Shown here in pieces: positions 18,179 through 28,004 of a stretch of DNA of 64,000 nt. The stretch's first letter is position 1. The number at the start of each line of letters is the position of its first letter. The stretch is from Patescibacteria group bacterium (lineage in GTDB: Bacteria > Patescibacteriota > UBA1384 > XYA2-FULL-43-10 > 1-14-0-10-43-13): assembly GCA_041649155.1 (NCBI GenBank), contig JBAZNP010000001.1, positions 173,808 to 237,807 of the forward strand. Direction: 5' to 3'. Position numbers and translations under genes: made by a program. Below the pieces are notes generated by a model. That model did not search any database and was not told the origin of the DNA. It saw nothing but the letters and a program-made list of their open reading frames with translations.

Positions 18179-18276
18179 GTGAGGTAACAGCATAGAAGTT
18201 TCTAGTTACGACACAAGAAACGGCTGTTACCTCACCATTATAAAAAACTCCCATATCGCTATCTTGTGTCGTAACT
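18179..18276. repeat. interleaved pair of inverted repeats (A-B-A'-B') just upstream of the recombinase start
   Basis: A is GTGAGGTAACAGC at 18179 and A' at 18223. B is AGTTACGACACAAG at 18204 and B' at 18263. Both stems are perfect, 13 and 14 bp. Confidence 0.6.
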
Positions 18277-18310
18277 TTATTATAATTTTTTTGGCTGAAA
18301 AAGACAAATT

Positions 18311-18601
18311 TCATATCATTTTGTGATAACGAGATTTCAGGTACGTTAGATTGTTACACTTTCTACACGATAACTTGTTTGCTACCGGAGGCAAATACAA
18401 GGTTCCGACCCTCCTTCCGCAAGAAGGACAAATGAACCAAAGTCGCTCGCCTCCAAAATTACAAGCTGATGATGTCAAAGATATCTTGAGTCCCATCGCT
18501 TCAATCTTTGATTTTAGTCTGAGTGCAATAAGCTCTCTTTTTGATTCCCGGCATAGTTCGTTAATGTTTATTTTTTGACATTGTTCTGTTAAAAATTTCA
18601 T
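18311..18601 (-). CDS. small Zn-ribbon protein
   Basis: CPSCGRR...CRKCNN is a four-Cys ribbon. Confidence 0.4.
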   Translation of the reverse strand: MKFLTEQCQKININELCRESKRELIALRLKSKIEAMGLKISLTSSACNFGGERLWFICPSCGRRVGTLYLPPVANKLSCRKCNNLTYLKSRYHKMI

Positions 18602-18627
18602 AAAAAATTCTCCGAAATCATTTGGCC

Positions 18628-19266
18628 TTAATTATTTTCACTTTGGTTATCGTTGCCATCGTAATTATTTATTACTTGCTGGTTGTTCGCCAGAAAAGCA
18701 TTTTTAGTAGATATCTTTACATTTAGTTTTGGTTGCTTGAGCTCTTTTAGTAAAATAATACTTGCGTTAAGCTGCCTCTCTGCTTTTTCTTTGTTTTTGC
18801 TTAATTCTTTCATATAATTTATCTTTAATTGGTCCATCGTAAAGGAACCGTCTTTTTTTACAAGACATCGGTTGTATACCATATCACACCTCATCGTCTG
18901 CCAATAATTAGCCACTATTCTATCAACTAACATTAGCTCTATCCCGGTTTTACAATCAAATTCTTTGGCTAGATCATTTCTCATTTTCTTTAACGAATCA
19001 TCGTATTCTTCAAAATCTATGTGTCCAACCCAATGTCCATTTTGTAGACCATTAAGCTTAATGATCTGCACTCCTAAGTCACTCATTCTTTTTTCTTCTG
19101 CTGAGGTCCTTTTGGGTTTTTCTAATAGTGAGAAGAATTCTTTTTGTCGAGAATCATTGTGAGAGCTAACGCCCTCCGTTAAAAACTGCACCACTATATC
19201 TCTGCGCTCTGCCTTTTGGCCCTCGGTTAATTCTGATGGTTTTTTATTTTTCATTTTTATCCTCAC
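18628..19266 (-). CDS. hypothetical protein
   Basis: 212-aa ORF on the island. Confidence 0.4.
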   Translation of the reverse strand: MRIKMKNKKPSELTEGQKAERRDIVVQFLTEGVSSHNDSRQKEFFSLLEKPKRTSAEEKRMSDLGVQIIKLNGLQNGHWVGHIDFEEYDDSLKKMRNDLAKEFDCKTGIELMLVDRIVANYWQTMRCDMVYNRCLVKKDGSFTMDQLKINYMKELSKNKEKAERQLNASIILLKELKQPKLNVKISTKNAFLANNQQVINNYDGNDNQSENN

Positions 19267-19399
19267 AATTTTTATTAGATAAATTTATATTCTCAAAAAT
19301 TTGATCAACAAAAATCTTTGCTAGTCGAGCAGCAAACAAATCTTCAATTTGCTCTGCAGTAAGATTTTTAATTTGTTGATTTTTTGATTTCATTATTAT

Positions 19400-19903
19400 T
19401 TACTTAACATTCTTATTAGCCCACTTGCTCATTTCTTCCGCTTCGTGTTTATCCATTCCTTGCTTCTTCTTTGTTTTCAGAGTTTTGTTTTCTTGTTTTA
19501 TCTTTTCTATTTCCTGTTTCTGGCTAGTGTATACATCGGTCCCTACACCGGTGTTAAAATAGCTTCTAATGCCATCGCCAACCTTGGACCATTCTTCTTC
19601 CCAGGCTTTCCAATTAGACTCACTCTTCCAGACTTTACAGTTTTTGAAAGCGTTTACGACAAAAACCCATCCTCGGCAAAACAGCACTTTTTTGTTTTGC
19701 GAGAGTTCTTCTTTTGCAATTTCAAAGTCCCCATCTGATAGCCCAGTTTCAAAAATGATTTTCTTGTCAGTTAGCTGAAAAACACCTGTCATATTCATCG
19801 GCAGACAGGTCATAAGATAGATAAAGACATATCTTGATTGCCAAGTTGCATTTTGAACGAAGTCATCATCCCAGACCCTTGCTTGTATTTGTCTTGCTTT
19901 CAT
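19400..19903 (-). CDS. hypothetical protein
   Basis: 167-aa ORF. Confidence 0.4.
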   Translation of the reverse strand: MKARQIQARVWDDDFVQNATWQSRYVFIYLMTCLPMNMTGVFQLTDKKIIFETGLSDGDFEIAKEELSQNKKVLFCRGWVFVVNAFKNCKVWKSESNWKAWEEEWSKVGDGIRSYFNTGVGTDVYTSQKQEIEKIKQENKTLKTKKKQGMDKHEAEEMSKWANKNVK

Positions 19904-19938
19904 CTTTCGCCTTAATCTTAATATTCATATTTTTGTGG

Positions 19939-20187
19939 CTAGCTGTTATGCAGCCTTGATTTCAAAGTTCGCTGAGCGGAATAATATTGAGTCGTTATAA
20001 GTTTTAATCGTCCAGAAAAATGAGCCTCTGCAGCTGTCTCAATTCCGTTTTTTCTCTGAAAAACAAACGCTACCCGACCATCGCCAGAAGTTCGGTCAAG
20101 AGATAAGAGATTATAGCCGAGAGCCATTAGAGCGGAGGCATTCGCAAAGTCACAAGTTTGATAAAAGTCGCTTTCAGAAATGTTCAT
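19939..20187 (-). CDS. small hypothetical protein
   Basis: 82-aa ORF. Weak evidence. Confidence 0.25.
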   Translation of the reverse strand: MNISESDFYQTCDFANASALMALGYNLLSLDRTSGDGRVAFVFQRKNGIETAAEAHFSGRLKLITTQYYSAQRTLKSRLHNS

Positions 20188-20276
20188 CTTAATCCTTTCA
20201 ATAAATAAAAAACGAGGTTAATTACTATACCTCGATTTTATAGAAAGGATTGTTGAGTCAATTTTGAAAAAGTTGA

Positions 20277-21110
20277 CTAAAAGTTACGAATTACTGATTT
20301 GCTTCTCCAACTAAATAGTTCGTCGTTAGTATTTAATTTCTTTTTAATTTGATTATTTATATCATTCATTGAATCATACACTTTGCGCCACTGGTTCTTT
20401 TCGGGCTCGGAATTACCAGACATTTCCGTGTAGATTTCATCCCAACAAATAGCTTTTCCTGCTGGCTGATTAAACATCATACGACAGAGATAGTGGTTGT
20501 TTTTGTGAAGCGGCATTGCACATTTGGTTTCGCCAATAATTACTTCTGCCGAATCGTCGTTATAATCAATTTGAAAATTAGAAAGTGATATTTTCTTAGG
20601 TTTCATACGTTTTTCTCGTTCTTGTATAGTCTTATCAACGTTTTCTTCCATCTTTGCAAAACCTTGTTTGCAAATCTTTGAATGCTCGTAACAAAGTTCT
20701 TGGATTGAATCGGCAATTTCTTGTTCTTCAGGTAAAATTCCTACTGTGTATCCATTGATAATAAATTCTTTATCTACTAGTCCAAGAAATGATAATAAAT
20801 TTGTTTGCTCCGTTTCCCAATAGCATTCATATTCTAGAACATCGCCAAACAGCGACTCTGGTAATTGCGGGCAATCCTTGGCCAATTCCTTAAAGTCTTC
20901 TCTTGAGAGAAAATTATCCAACCCTAGCTTTAGATTGGCATATGCATAATTTAATGCTCCGTCAGGATAATAGACCATTTCGCCACAAACACTCTCTAAG
21001 ATCTGGTAAATAAGTGAGATATAAAAACGGAAATGCCTAATAGCGAATTTATATTCTACTGCCTGTAGAAATGCAAGTTTATCTTTTATGTCAAAATCTT
21101 CAATATTCAT
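20277..21110 (-). CDS. hypothetical protein
   Basis: 277-aa ORF. Confidence 0.45.
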   Translation of the reverse strand: MNIEDFDIKDKLAFLQAVEYKFAIRHFRFYISLIYQILESVCGEMVYYPDGALNYAYANLKLGLDNFLSREDFKELAKDCPQLPESLFGDVLEYECYWETEQTNLLSFLGLVDKEFIINGYTVGILPEEQEIADSIQELCYEHSKICKQGFAKMEENVDKTIQEREKRMKPKKISLSNFQIDYNDDSAEVIIGETKCAMPLHKNNHYLCRMMFNQPAGKAICWDEIYTEMSGNSEPEKNQWRKVYDSMNDINNQIKKKLNTNDELFSWRSKSVIRNF

Positions 21111-21286
21111 CTTTATCTTTATACTTATACTTACTTAAACCAACGTAACAAATTAGAACTGATTACTCAATTGTCCATTGTGTTTTTGATAATTTTGAGG
21201 CATAATTCAAATTGTCAGAGCGATCTGATAAACACAATCTAGTTGCACCTAACCCTTACCAGCAATGATAAGGTATGGTGCCAAAT

Positions 21287-21400
21287 CCTCGGTTAAAAAC
21301 AATGACGGTCTAGCGACCGCACTTTTTAACCGAGGTCTGTGCTCGAAAGGGCGCAGGATAGTCCCGAAAGGGGCTGTCGTGGTTCGCTAGGCCATTTTTG
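21287..21400. other. structured intergenic element: 13-bp-stem hairpin plus two GAAA-tetraloop hairpins
   Basis: CCTCGGTTAAAAA..(23 nt)..TTTTTAACCGAGG, then GCTC-GAAA-GGGC and GTCCC-GAAA-GGGGC. Lies about 30 bp upstream of the paralog B2 start. Confidence 0.3.
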
Positions 21401-21431
21401 TATTTTATTAAATATTAACCAAGGACTAAGA

Positions 21432-22010
21432 ATGGGAATGCTTGCAAATATCAAAAAATCTTATGGGGATTATCAGGACAAAAAAGCAAAGGAAAAAGCT
21501 GAGGAGGAAGCAAGACAGAAATCTATTTCACAGGGAGAGATTGAGCCCATTAAAACTGATCTGAATCTTGAAGATAGAGAAATCGCCTATGCAGCGTTCT
21601 CTGCCAACAGGATGGCGCTGGTGGCTAAAACTGCCAGTAAAACGCAAAAGAAAGGTGTTGCAGGCAGAGCAGTAGTCGGAGGTCTGTTGCTGGGACCATT
21701 GGGGGCCTTGGGAGGTGCTGTAACCGCCGGAAGTAAGACAACCGAAAAAACATTTGAAGTTGAAGAAAAAATTGACAACGGTACTATAACTTTCACAAAT
21801 AAACGCTTTGTATTTATAGGGCGCGATATTATGGCAAATATCCCTTACGACAAAGTGGTTGATATGAAATTTGAGCAAAAGATTTTTGGTACCGATCTTC
21901 ACGTTAGATATCCCGAAATGTTAAAGGGAGAATATTTTCATTTATCAGGAGAAGATTCAAAAATTGCTGAACTATGGTTTAAGGGCATACAAAAAATAAG
22001 CAAGCGGTAG
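21432..22010 (+). CDS. glycine-zipper TM plus bPH-like protein, paralog B2
   Basis: Start at MGMLANIKK with an AAGGA ribosome-binding site. Paralog of 14576..15163. Confidence 0.5.
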   Translation: MGMLANIKKSYGDYQDKKAKEKAEEEARQKSISQGEIEPIKTDLNLEDREIAYAAFSANRMALVAKTASKTQKKGVAGRAVVGGLLLGPLGALGGAVTAGSKTTEKTFEVEEKIDNGTITFTNKRFVFIGRDIMANIPYDKVVDMKFEQKIFGTDLHVRYPEMLKGEYFHLSGEDSKIAELWFKGIQKISKR

Positions 22011-22031
22011 TTATTAAAAGAAAGGAAAATT

Positions 22032-22673
22032 ATGGTCCAATTTGGAGAATCGGAAACTAAAAAAACAGAAACCAGCACAAGTGAATGGTATAAACACGGT
22101 CTAGGATTAGTTGTGGCTATTTTGTTTTTGCCGTTTTTTGCTATTTGGTATATCTGGGCAAAAAGTGGATGGAACAGTGTGACAAAATGGAGCTTAACTG
22201 CAGTTGTTGCAGTTTTGTTTATTATCATTGCATCTTCTGGCAATAATTCACCCCAACAAGCATCAAACAGCAACAGCACGAGTAACACGACAGCAAATAC
22301 AACCACGACTACCGCTCCGCAACAGTCTCAGGTAAAACCAGCTTACGAGATAGTAACCGATGGTAGCCAAAATGCACTAGCAAAACTAGTGGTTTACACC
22401 CCAGAAAAAGATGATCAAAAGCTGATTGCAATAAATGATGAGCTTCTAAACAAATACAAAGCAAATCACTCAAATATTTATTTTGATTACTTTGACGACA
22501 AAGAGATTGCTAAAACTTATTTTGATAAACAACTTGATGATATTGTTAGTGAATCAGAAAAAGACGCTATGTTCACTCATTACGTCGCAAATATGAAATA
22601 CAATCTATCAAGTGGTCTCAAAACATTTTCTAAAAATGTGAATGGTGACTGGCAATCCATAAAAAGTTACTAA
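22032..22673 (+). CDS. membrane protein, paralog A2
   Basis: The N-terminal TM segment (LGLVVAILFLPFFAIWYIWAK) matches paralog A1. Contains an S/N/T-rich linker. Confidence 0.5.
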   Translation: MVQFGESETKKTETSTSEWYKHGLGLVVAILFLPFFAIWYIWAKSGWNSVTKWSLTAVVAVLFIIIASSGNNSPQQASNSNSTSNTTANTTTTTAPQQSQVKPAYEIVTDGSQNALAKLVVYTPEKDDQKLIAINDELLNKYKANHSNIYFDYFDDKEIAKTYFDKQLDDIVSESEKDAMFTHYVANMKYNLSSGLKTFSKNVNGDWQSIKSY

Positions 22674-22681
22674 CGATACAA

Positions 22682-23740
22682 TCAATATTTCTTAATTGCT
22701 CTTTTAACATACTCATCCACTGATATTTTTTTGGCTTGAAATCCAGTCCAAGCGCTTTCCAAATCTTCGTTTTTAATAAAGATATCCTCTTTCAACCCCA
22801 ATCGTATCGGTGATTTGAATCCATTCCTTTTTCTTATTTCTTCAAGAATTTGGGTATTGAACTGCTCTATTAAATAATTTCTAATATCATTTAAGAATTT
22901 TGAATAACGATTACAAATATAAATATCATAATAGTTAGTAACGCTTCCTTCTTGATACAAATGGTTAAATTTCTTTCGTATTCTGCCTCTTGATATGTCT
23001 TGTCTTCTTTTTACTTCTTGAAAAGTTATGTGACGAGCTCTCTCGACTCCCAGTGAATGATTGTCCGGCTCTGCCCAGCCTAATGACTGATTCACACTAA
23101 ACTGTAAAAATTCAGTAGCGACAGAAAGCTCTCTTGAAGATTGTTGCGTAGGCGACTCTTTGGAAAAAGGGTATTCCACAAGAAAAATATCTTCGCTACC
23201 TACGATCGTCGTCTTTGGTCGGGCTTCTTTGTTCGCCAAGTAGGTCCAAAGGCTATAAGAATGCTTCACAGATCGCAATCTGTCTGCTTTTTTTCTGATC
23301 TTGATCGTTGCTCCGTCGAGGTGGTGGAAGGTAGGCAAAATATAAAACGAATTATTCACCTTCTGTTGTTTCCATTCAATAAAATATGCCGAGAAGTGAT
23401 CAACCAGAATCCCAAAAAAAGAAAATTCAAAAAATTGAGCAAGATCATTCGCGCCTGAATAAATCCGGGATTCATTTTCTAAAAAATATTCCATCAAATT
23501 GCTTCTAAGTACGGCATTCTTGTTTTCTAAATCAAAATAGTCTGAATTATATGTTACATATCCAGGACGGCCAGCGGGTTTTGTGAGCGGAGGATAAAGC
23601 TCGTCCTTAAATCGGTTTGTTTCTATGAATAATTGAGTTCCATCCCTAGTTGCTTTTTCTCTTGCATCAAAACCTTTTACGAAACGAAGAAATTCGTCTC
23701 GTTGGCCTCGCCTTAATTGATCTTTATTTCCGTTTCTCAT
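22682..23740 (-). CDS. hypothetical protein (partner of the 838-aa membrane protein)
   Basis: 352 aa. Overlaps the upstream gene by 17 nt. Confidence 0.45.
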   Translation of the reverse strand: MRNGNKDQLRRGQRDEFLRFVKGFDAREKATRDGTQLFIETNRFKDELYPPLTKPAGRPGYVTYNSDYFDLENKNAVLRSNLMEYFLENESRIYSGANDLAQFFEFSFFGILVDHFSAYFIEWKQQKVNNSFYILPTFHHLDGATIKIRKKADRLRSVKHSYSLWTYLANKEARPKTTIVGSEDIFLVEYPFSKESPTQQSSRELSVATEFLQFSVNQSLGWAEPDNHSLGVERARHITFQEVKRRQDISRGRIRKKFNHLYQEGSVTNYYDIYICNRYSKFLNDIRNYLIEQFNTQILEEIRKRNGFKSPIRLGLKEDIFIKNEDLESAWTGFQAKKISVDEYVKRAIKKY

Positions 23741-26240
23741 TGACTCCTTTCAGAATCTTGATGATTTTCGCAACTTGTTCTCGCTTTTCCAACCACTCAA
23801 CAAAATCGTCAAGTACAAATTCGAGATCATAGTAGAACATCTCGTCAGATCCAATTTTTTTGACTAGACTGCTTGGGTGTTCTACAGTTTCCGTGTAATA
23901 GCCTCCGCCATTCCCATCCCAAACTTTAGGTAATCTGCTAATTTCCTGAGTAATGTTTTGATAATGCCTATTAAATCTTTGCATTTCGTCTTCTATCAAC
24001 CCAAAAGTACTATTAAACCCTAGAGCGCTTTTGACTTTATTTGCAGATGCTAGTGCTTGATACATAAAGCCTTCTTGATAAAATTTACCATCAATATTTT
24101 CTAAGAATTCCTTAATGTAAAACCGGTCATTATCAAGTTCTGAAACTAACCACGTGAATGCTCCAATAATGAGCGGAAGCCTGAATAGATGCAGGATCTC
24201 TTGTTGATCAGTAATCTTGTCTCGCAAAACAATTAGTGTATATAAATAAGACTTAATTAAAAATCTGAAAAGTTTTTTGTCACGATGAACTAAGGCTGTC
24301 AGCAGTCCCTTCTCTAAAACCTCTCGCAACTCCACTTCTTTGACTAGGGATTGTGGTACTAATAAAATTATTTTTAAGGACAGATTGATGGAGTCAATAA
24401 AATGGTCCGCCAAATCCCACTTCTCTAGATAGATCAATCTGCCGAGCCAGGTATATTGTATTTTTAGTATATCAGCGACATTTCTCCAATTTTGCGACCC
24501 GACATCAGCTCTCAGCATTTTGTTGGATTGCTGCAATATTTCTTCAATTTTTTTCTCTACGACGGGGTTTGTTTTTTTGAGGTATTCTTTTATTACCTCA
24601 TCAACAAGCCATTCTAAGGGCGTAATTACCTTGCCCTCGACTAGTTGCTCCGTCTCAATTCGCTCCCTGTAATCCAAAAGAATATCTCTAGCCGTTACTG
24701 GCAAGTCAAAAGCTGATAACTCCTTCATAGAGATGGCTTTATTTTTTTTGACTAGAAGCCTTGTCGTTTTCTGAATCACGTCGACGGGATACCCATCAAG
24801 CACTACTTGACCGTAAGCAAAAAGAATATTCATATACACAGCAGAAAGTTTTTCATCGGATTTAACCAGATTATACAAATCACAAAATAACTGCCATATT
24901 TTATCGTTAATGTAATATTCTTGATGCTCAAAGGCGCTCGGCTCAACCTTTTCGTTGAACCCTAGTTTATTTTTGGCATACTCACCGCATAAAATCTTTT
25001 CATAGGCGCTTAATAGCCCTGATAGAATCTCCTTGTTAGAATTAGTCTCTGTGTCATTTTGGAGCTCTGTAAAAAAATAACAAGCCGTGTCCTCTAGCCA
25101 ATTAAAATCTGGCGCTGTAGTTAGTAGTGGCCCAGTGTTTTTAGATTCATATGAGGACTTAATAGGATACATCAATCTATTCGAGGCGCTTACGGGTTCA
25201 AATCTTTGTGGAAATGCCCAGGGGCGATTTCTATCAATGTACCTTTTTGCTCTCAAGTACTTCTGTAACACGCTAGAAAAGAAAATCGGACCAGAGGAAG
25301 CATCCTCATAGTTTTTATTCCGTGTTAAATCATAAAATAGAGCACTTCCCAAACTCAGCAAGCGAGAAATGCTTTTTTGTGAAGCTAACACGATTGTCCA
25401 ACTGGTAAAAAAGTTTGAATACAAACGAAAACTTTTAACCCTTTTGTCTTTATATAGGCGAAAACTGGATACAAAAGGATTGTCGGATGCATTTACAATT
25501 CGTATGCTTTGGTAAGCCTCCTGGTACATTCTTCTGAACAGACTCAAAGGTTTAAGAGAAATCACATAATGGTCTTTGAAGATTATGACCCCGCACAATG
25601 ACATTGTAAATAAGAAAATTGATATTCCGAATGATATTACAGGAAGGCTCTTCGTAATTCCCAAGAAAAGAAGTGAAAATAATGAAAAAAGGATAGTCAC
25701 AACCAAAAGTCGCATAAAATGATTGCCAACTTTTTCTTTATTTACATACTCAGTTATCTTGTCAGAATATTTTTCCGTTGAAAGTTGAAATCCAACAGCA
25801 TATAACGCAAATATTAAACCAAGTAATGCTCCTGTGGCACCGACAATTATCTCCAATGTTAATTTTGCAATATTGCTAAAATCAGCAAGATCAAAAGTGT
25901 CTGCAATAAAATTGTGTCTAAAAAAACCTCCGTGACTTATAAATGCCAAATCTAATAGGAAGAGAAAACAAGAAATAATAAGAAAGTAGATGATAAGTTT
26001 GGATGAATTCTTTAGAATCTCATAATCAATCAATATACTTTTCAATTCTTCTAGTCTATTGAATTTCCAGACTCGCCAGTGCTCTTCTTCTTTTTTGTAA
26101 AAATAATAAAGAAAACCGGCAACCAGATCAAAAGTCCTAGCCAAAAAATTCCTTCGTTCTTCCCCAAAGTTCGGAAGGACCCTATCTTTAGATTTTCTAG
26201 CTTTGCGATAGAAAAATCTGATTGTATTTATGATAATCAT
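23724..26240 (-). CDS. large multi-TM protein of unknown function
   Basis: 838 aa. Several N-terminal hydrophobic helices, then a cytoplasmic domain of about 600 aa with no known motifs. Confidence 0.5.
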   Translation of the reverse strand: MIIINTIRFFYRKARKSKDRVLPNFGEERRNFLARTFDLVAGFLYYFYKKEEEHWRVWKFNRLEELKSILIDYEILKNSSKLIIYFLIISCFLFLLDLAFISHGGFFRHNFIADTFDLADFSNIAKLTLEIIVGATGALLGLIFALYAVGFQLSTEKYSDKITEYVNKEKVGNHFMRLLVVTILFSLFSLLFLGITKSLPVISFGISIFLFTMSLCGVIIFKDHYVISLKPLSLFRRMYQEAYQSIRIVNASDNPFVSSFRLYKDKRVKSFRLYSNFFTSWTIVLASQKSISRLLSLGSALFYDLTRNKNYEDASSGPIFFSSVLQKYLRAKRYIDRNRPWAFPQRFEPVSASNRLMYPIKSSYESKNTGPLLTTAPDFNWLEDTACYFFTELQNDTETNSNKEILSGLLSAYEKILCGEYAKNKLGFNEKVEPSAFEHQEYYINDKIWQLFCDLYNLVKSDEKLSAVYMNILFAYGQVVLDGYPVDVIQKTTRLLVKKNKAISMKELSAFDLPVTARDILLDYRERIETEQLVEGKVITPLEWLVDEVIKEYLKKTNPVVEKKIEEILQQSNKMLRADVGSQNWRNVADILKIQYTWLGRLIYLEKWDLADHFIDSINLSLKIILLVPQSLVKEVELREVLEKGLLTALVHRDKKLFRFLIKSYLYTLIVLRDKITDQQEILHLFRLPLIIGAFTWLVSELDNDRFYIKEFLENIDGKFYQEGFMYQALASANKVKSALGFNSTFGLIEDEMQRFNRHYQNITQEISRLPKVWDGNGGGYYTETVEHPSSLVKKIGSDEMFYYDLEFVLDDFVEWLEKREQVAKIIKILKGVNEKRK

Positions 26241-26353
26241 TACTCTTGTTTTAGCACTTCCAGATCAGCTAAACAAGACAAAACGCTAGGCATAACTCCT
26301 TTTCCAGATTTTTTGATATGATCTAATTAAGGAGTAAAGAATGAAAGAGGCAA

Positions 26354-27211
26354 TTGATGGAGAGATCATTAAAAAAGAAAACGAAAAATGGGCCAGATTT
26401 CTTTATAAGGTCTACAAAAGAAAAAGGGACAAGCAGAACAAAACCCATAATCAGCATAATGATGGAATCTATGAATCCTGAATATGAAAAATCGAGAAAA
26501 AGAATAATTGAGATTGTTGACCAACAATGCAAAATGTTAGGGAATGACATTTCCACTTTTCAATTTGTAAGAGAATCAGGTCAGCTATCAAAAATTCCTG
26601 AACTCGGAGGCGGAAATATTCTAAGTCTTAACGGACTTTTTGCGGTAGTGAATTTAATCGCTAAAATTCACTATGCCAAAATGCACACGAAATCAATTTT
26701 GTCTCCCAAGGAGATAGCTATAATCAGAGAAGAGATAAAGACGTTAAAAAAACAAAATCCAAAAATCAAGCAATATATAATGATGCCAAAGAATATCAAT
26801 ATCAATGAATCGGTCGCTTTTCGTGAGCTCATTACCGATTCCGATATTGACTTGGGTATCGAGCATAAAGATCTTCAGAATGTTTGGGATAAATACAGAA
26901 ATGGCTTAGCTCATTATGCTTGTCAAAAAGGTCAATCTTCAGCCGTGGCTTGTGATGCCGAAATGCACAAGATTACAACAGTAAAAGTAACTCCTGCACT
27001 CATCAATGAATTTTTTAATGCTAGAAATGATAAATCGTTTGTCGAAAAAGATGGCTGGTATTTTTGTCTTTTTGATTTCTTTAAGAGGGACGTGCTTTTT
27101 GGACTGAAAGAATTTATCTTAAAAGAGATTGAGGCCGCGACTTATGAAGAGTTGGATAGAATTTGCTACATAATGTGTGCAAGTTTAGATATCAAAATAC
27201 TGGCTGATTAA
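26354..27211 (+). CDS. hypothetical protein
   Basis: 285-aa ORF. Confidence 0.4.
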   Translation: MMERSLKKKTKNGPDFFIRSTKEKGTSRTKPIISIMMESMNPEYEKSRKRIIEIVDQQCKMLGNDISTFQFVRESGQLSKIPELGGGNILSLNGLFAVVNLIAKIHYAKMHTKSILSPKEIAIIREEIKTLKKQNPKIKQYIMMPKNININESVAFRELITDSDIDLGIEHKDLQNVWDKYRNGLAHYACQKGQSSAVACDAEMHKITTVKVTPALINEFFNARNDKSFVEKDGWYFCLFDFFKRDVLFGLKEFILKEIEAATYEELDRICYIMCASLDIKILAD

Positions 27212-27278
27212 ATAAGGGATTGAATTATTGATATTTGATATAATAAGACAAACTTAACTAATTATAAATGAGTAAAAT

Positions 27279-27908
27279 ATGACTATCTGGGATCAAATTT
27301 ATAAAAACCATCAAAAGGGTGGCGATGCTTGGGCAACTTTATCAGAAGGGATTGACCCAAGATTTATTGACCTCGTCGACAAAGCAGAACTCAAATTGAG
27401 AAGTGCTTTTGATATTGGTTGCGGTACAGGTAAGTATTTAAGATATTTGCAATCTAGGGACTTTCAAGTAGCCGGCATTGATAGCAGCGAAACTGCAGTT
27501 GAAATGTCAAAGAAAAGCCTTGGAGATTCTGCTGATATTGTTCTTGCTGATATGTACGACTTCAAAATACCAAAGAATAAATATGACCTAATCTTATCCG
27601 TTTCCACTCTTCATCACGGGACGAAGGAACAAATTCAAGGCTTGATCAGCCAGATATGTGATAATCTGTCTATTGACGGGAAAATCTTCATAACTTTGCC
27701 AGACATTGAGTGCAATAAAAAATGGAATACTTTCAAAGACGATAAAGAAATTGCTCCGGGAACATATTCGCCTCTTTCTGGACCAGAAAAGGGTTTGCCG
27801 CATAGTTTCTTTTCTAAAAAGGAAATTGAATCGTTATTCTTAGGTTTTAGAGACGTTAGCCTTAGTATTGATAAAATAGGGCGATGGTTTGTGGTCGGGA
27901 CAAAATAG
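27279..27908 (+). CDS. class I SAM-dependent methyltransferase (TehB-like)
   Basis: Motif I is DIGCGTGKYLRYL. About 210 aa. Confidence 0.7.
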   Translation: MTIWDQIYKNHQKGGDAWATLSEGIDPRFIDLVDKAELKLRSAFDIGCGTGKYLRYLQSRDFQVAGIDSSETAVEMSKKSLGDSADIVLADMYDFKIPKNKYDLILSVSTLHHGTKEQIQGLISQICDNLSIDGKIFITLPDIECNKKWNTFKDDKEIAPGTYSPLSGPEKGLPHSFFSKKEIESLFLGFRDVSLSIDKIGRWFVVGTK

Positions 27909-28004
27909 GTTGGCTATTTAGCTACAAGTACTCAAGGCAGCAATTTTAACACTTATTCTTTGCCAGTAGTCATAATTTGTAAGTAATTTTATAAAATTTG
28001 AATT

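Noticed and set aside
21375-21400. GGTTCG-containing segment as a possible tRNA fragment or second att site
   Set aside because: No acceptor or T-stem complementarity, and no match to the tRNA-Asn 3' end beyond GGTTCG.
21528-21902. Antisense ORFs (124 and 69 aa) opposite paralog B2
   Set aside because: They are reverse-complement translations of the glycine-zipper gene, which has a clear paralog. Spurious.
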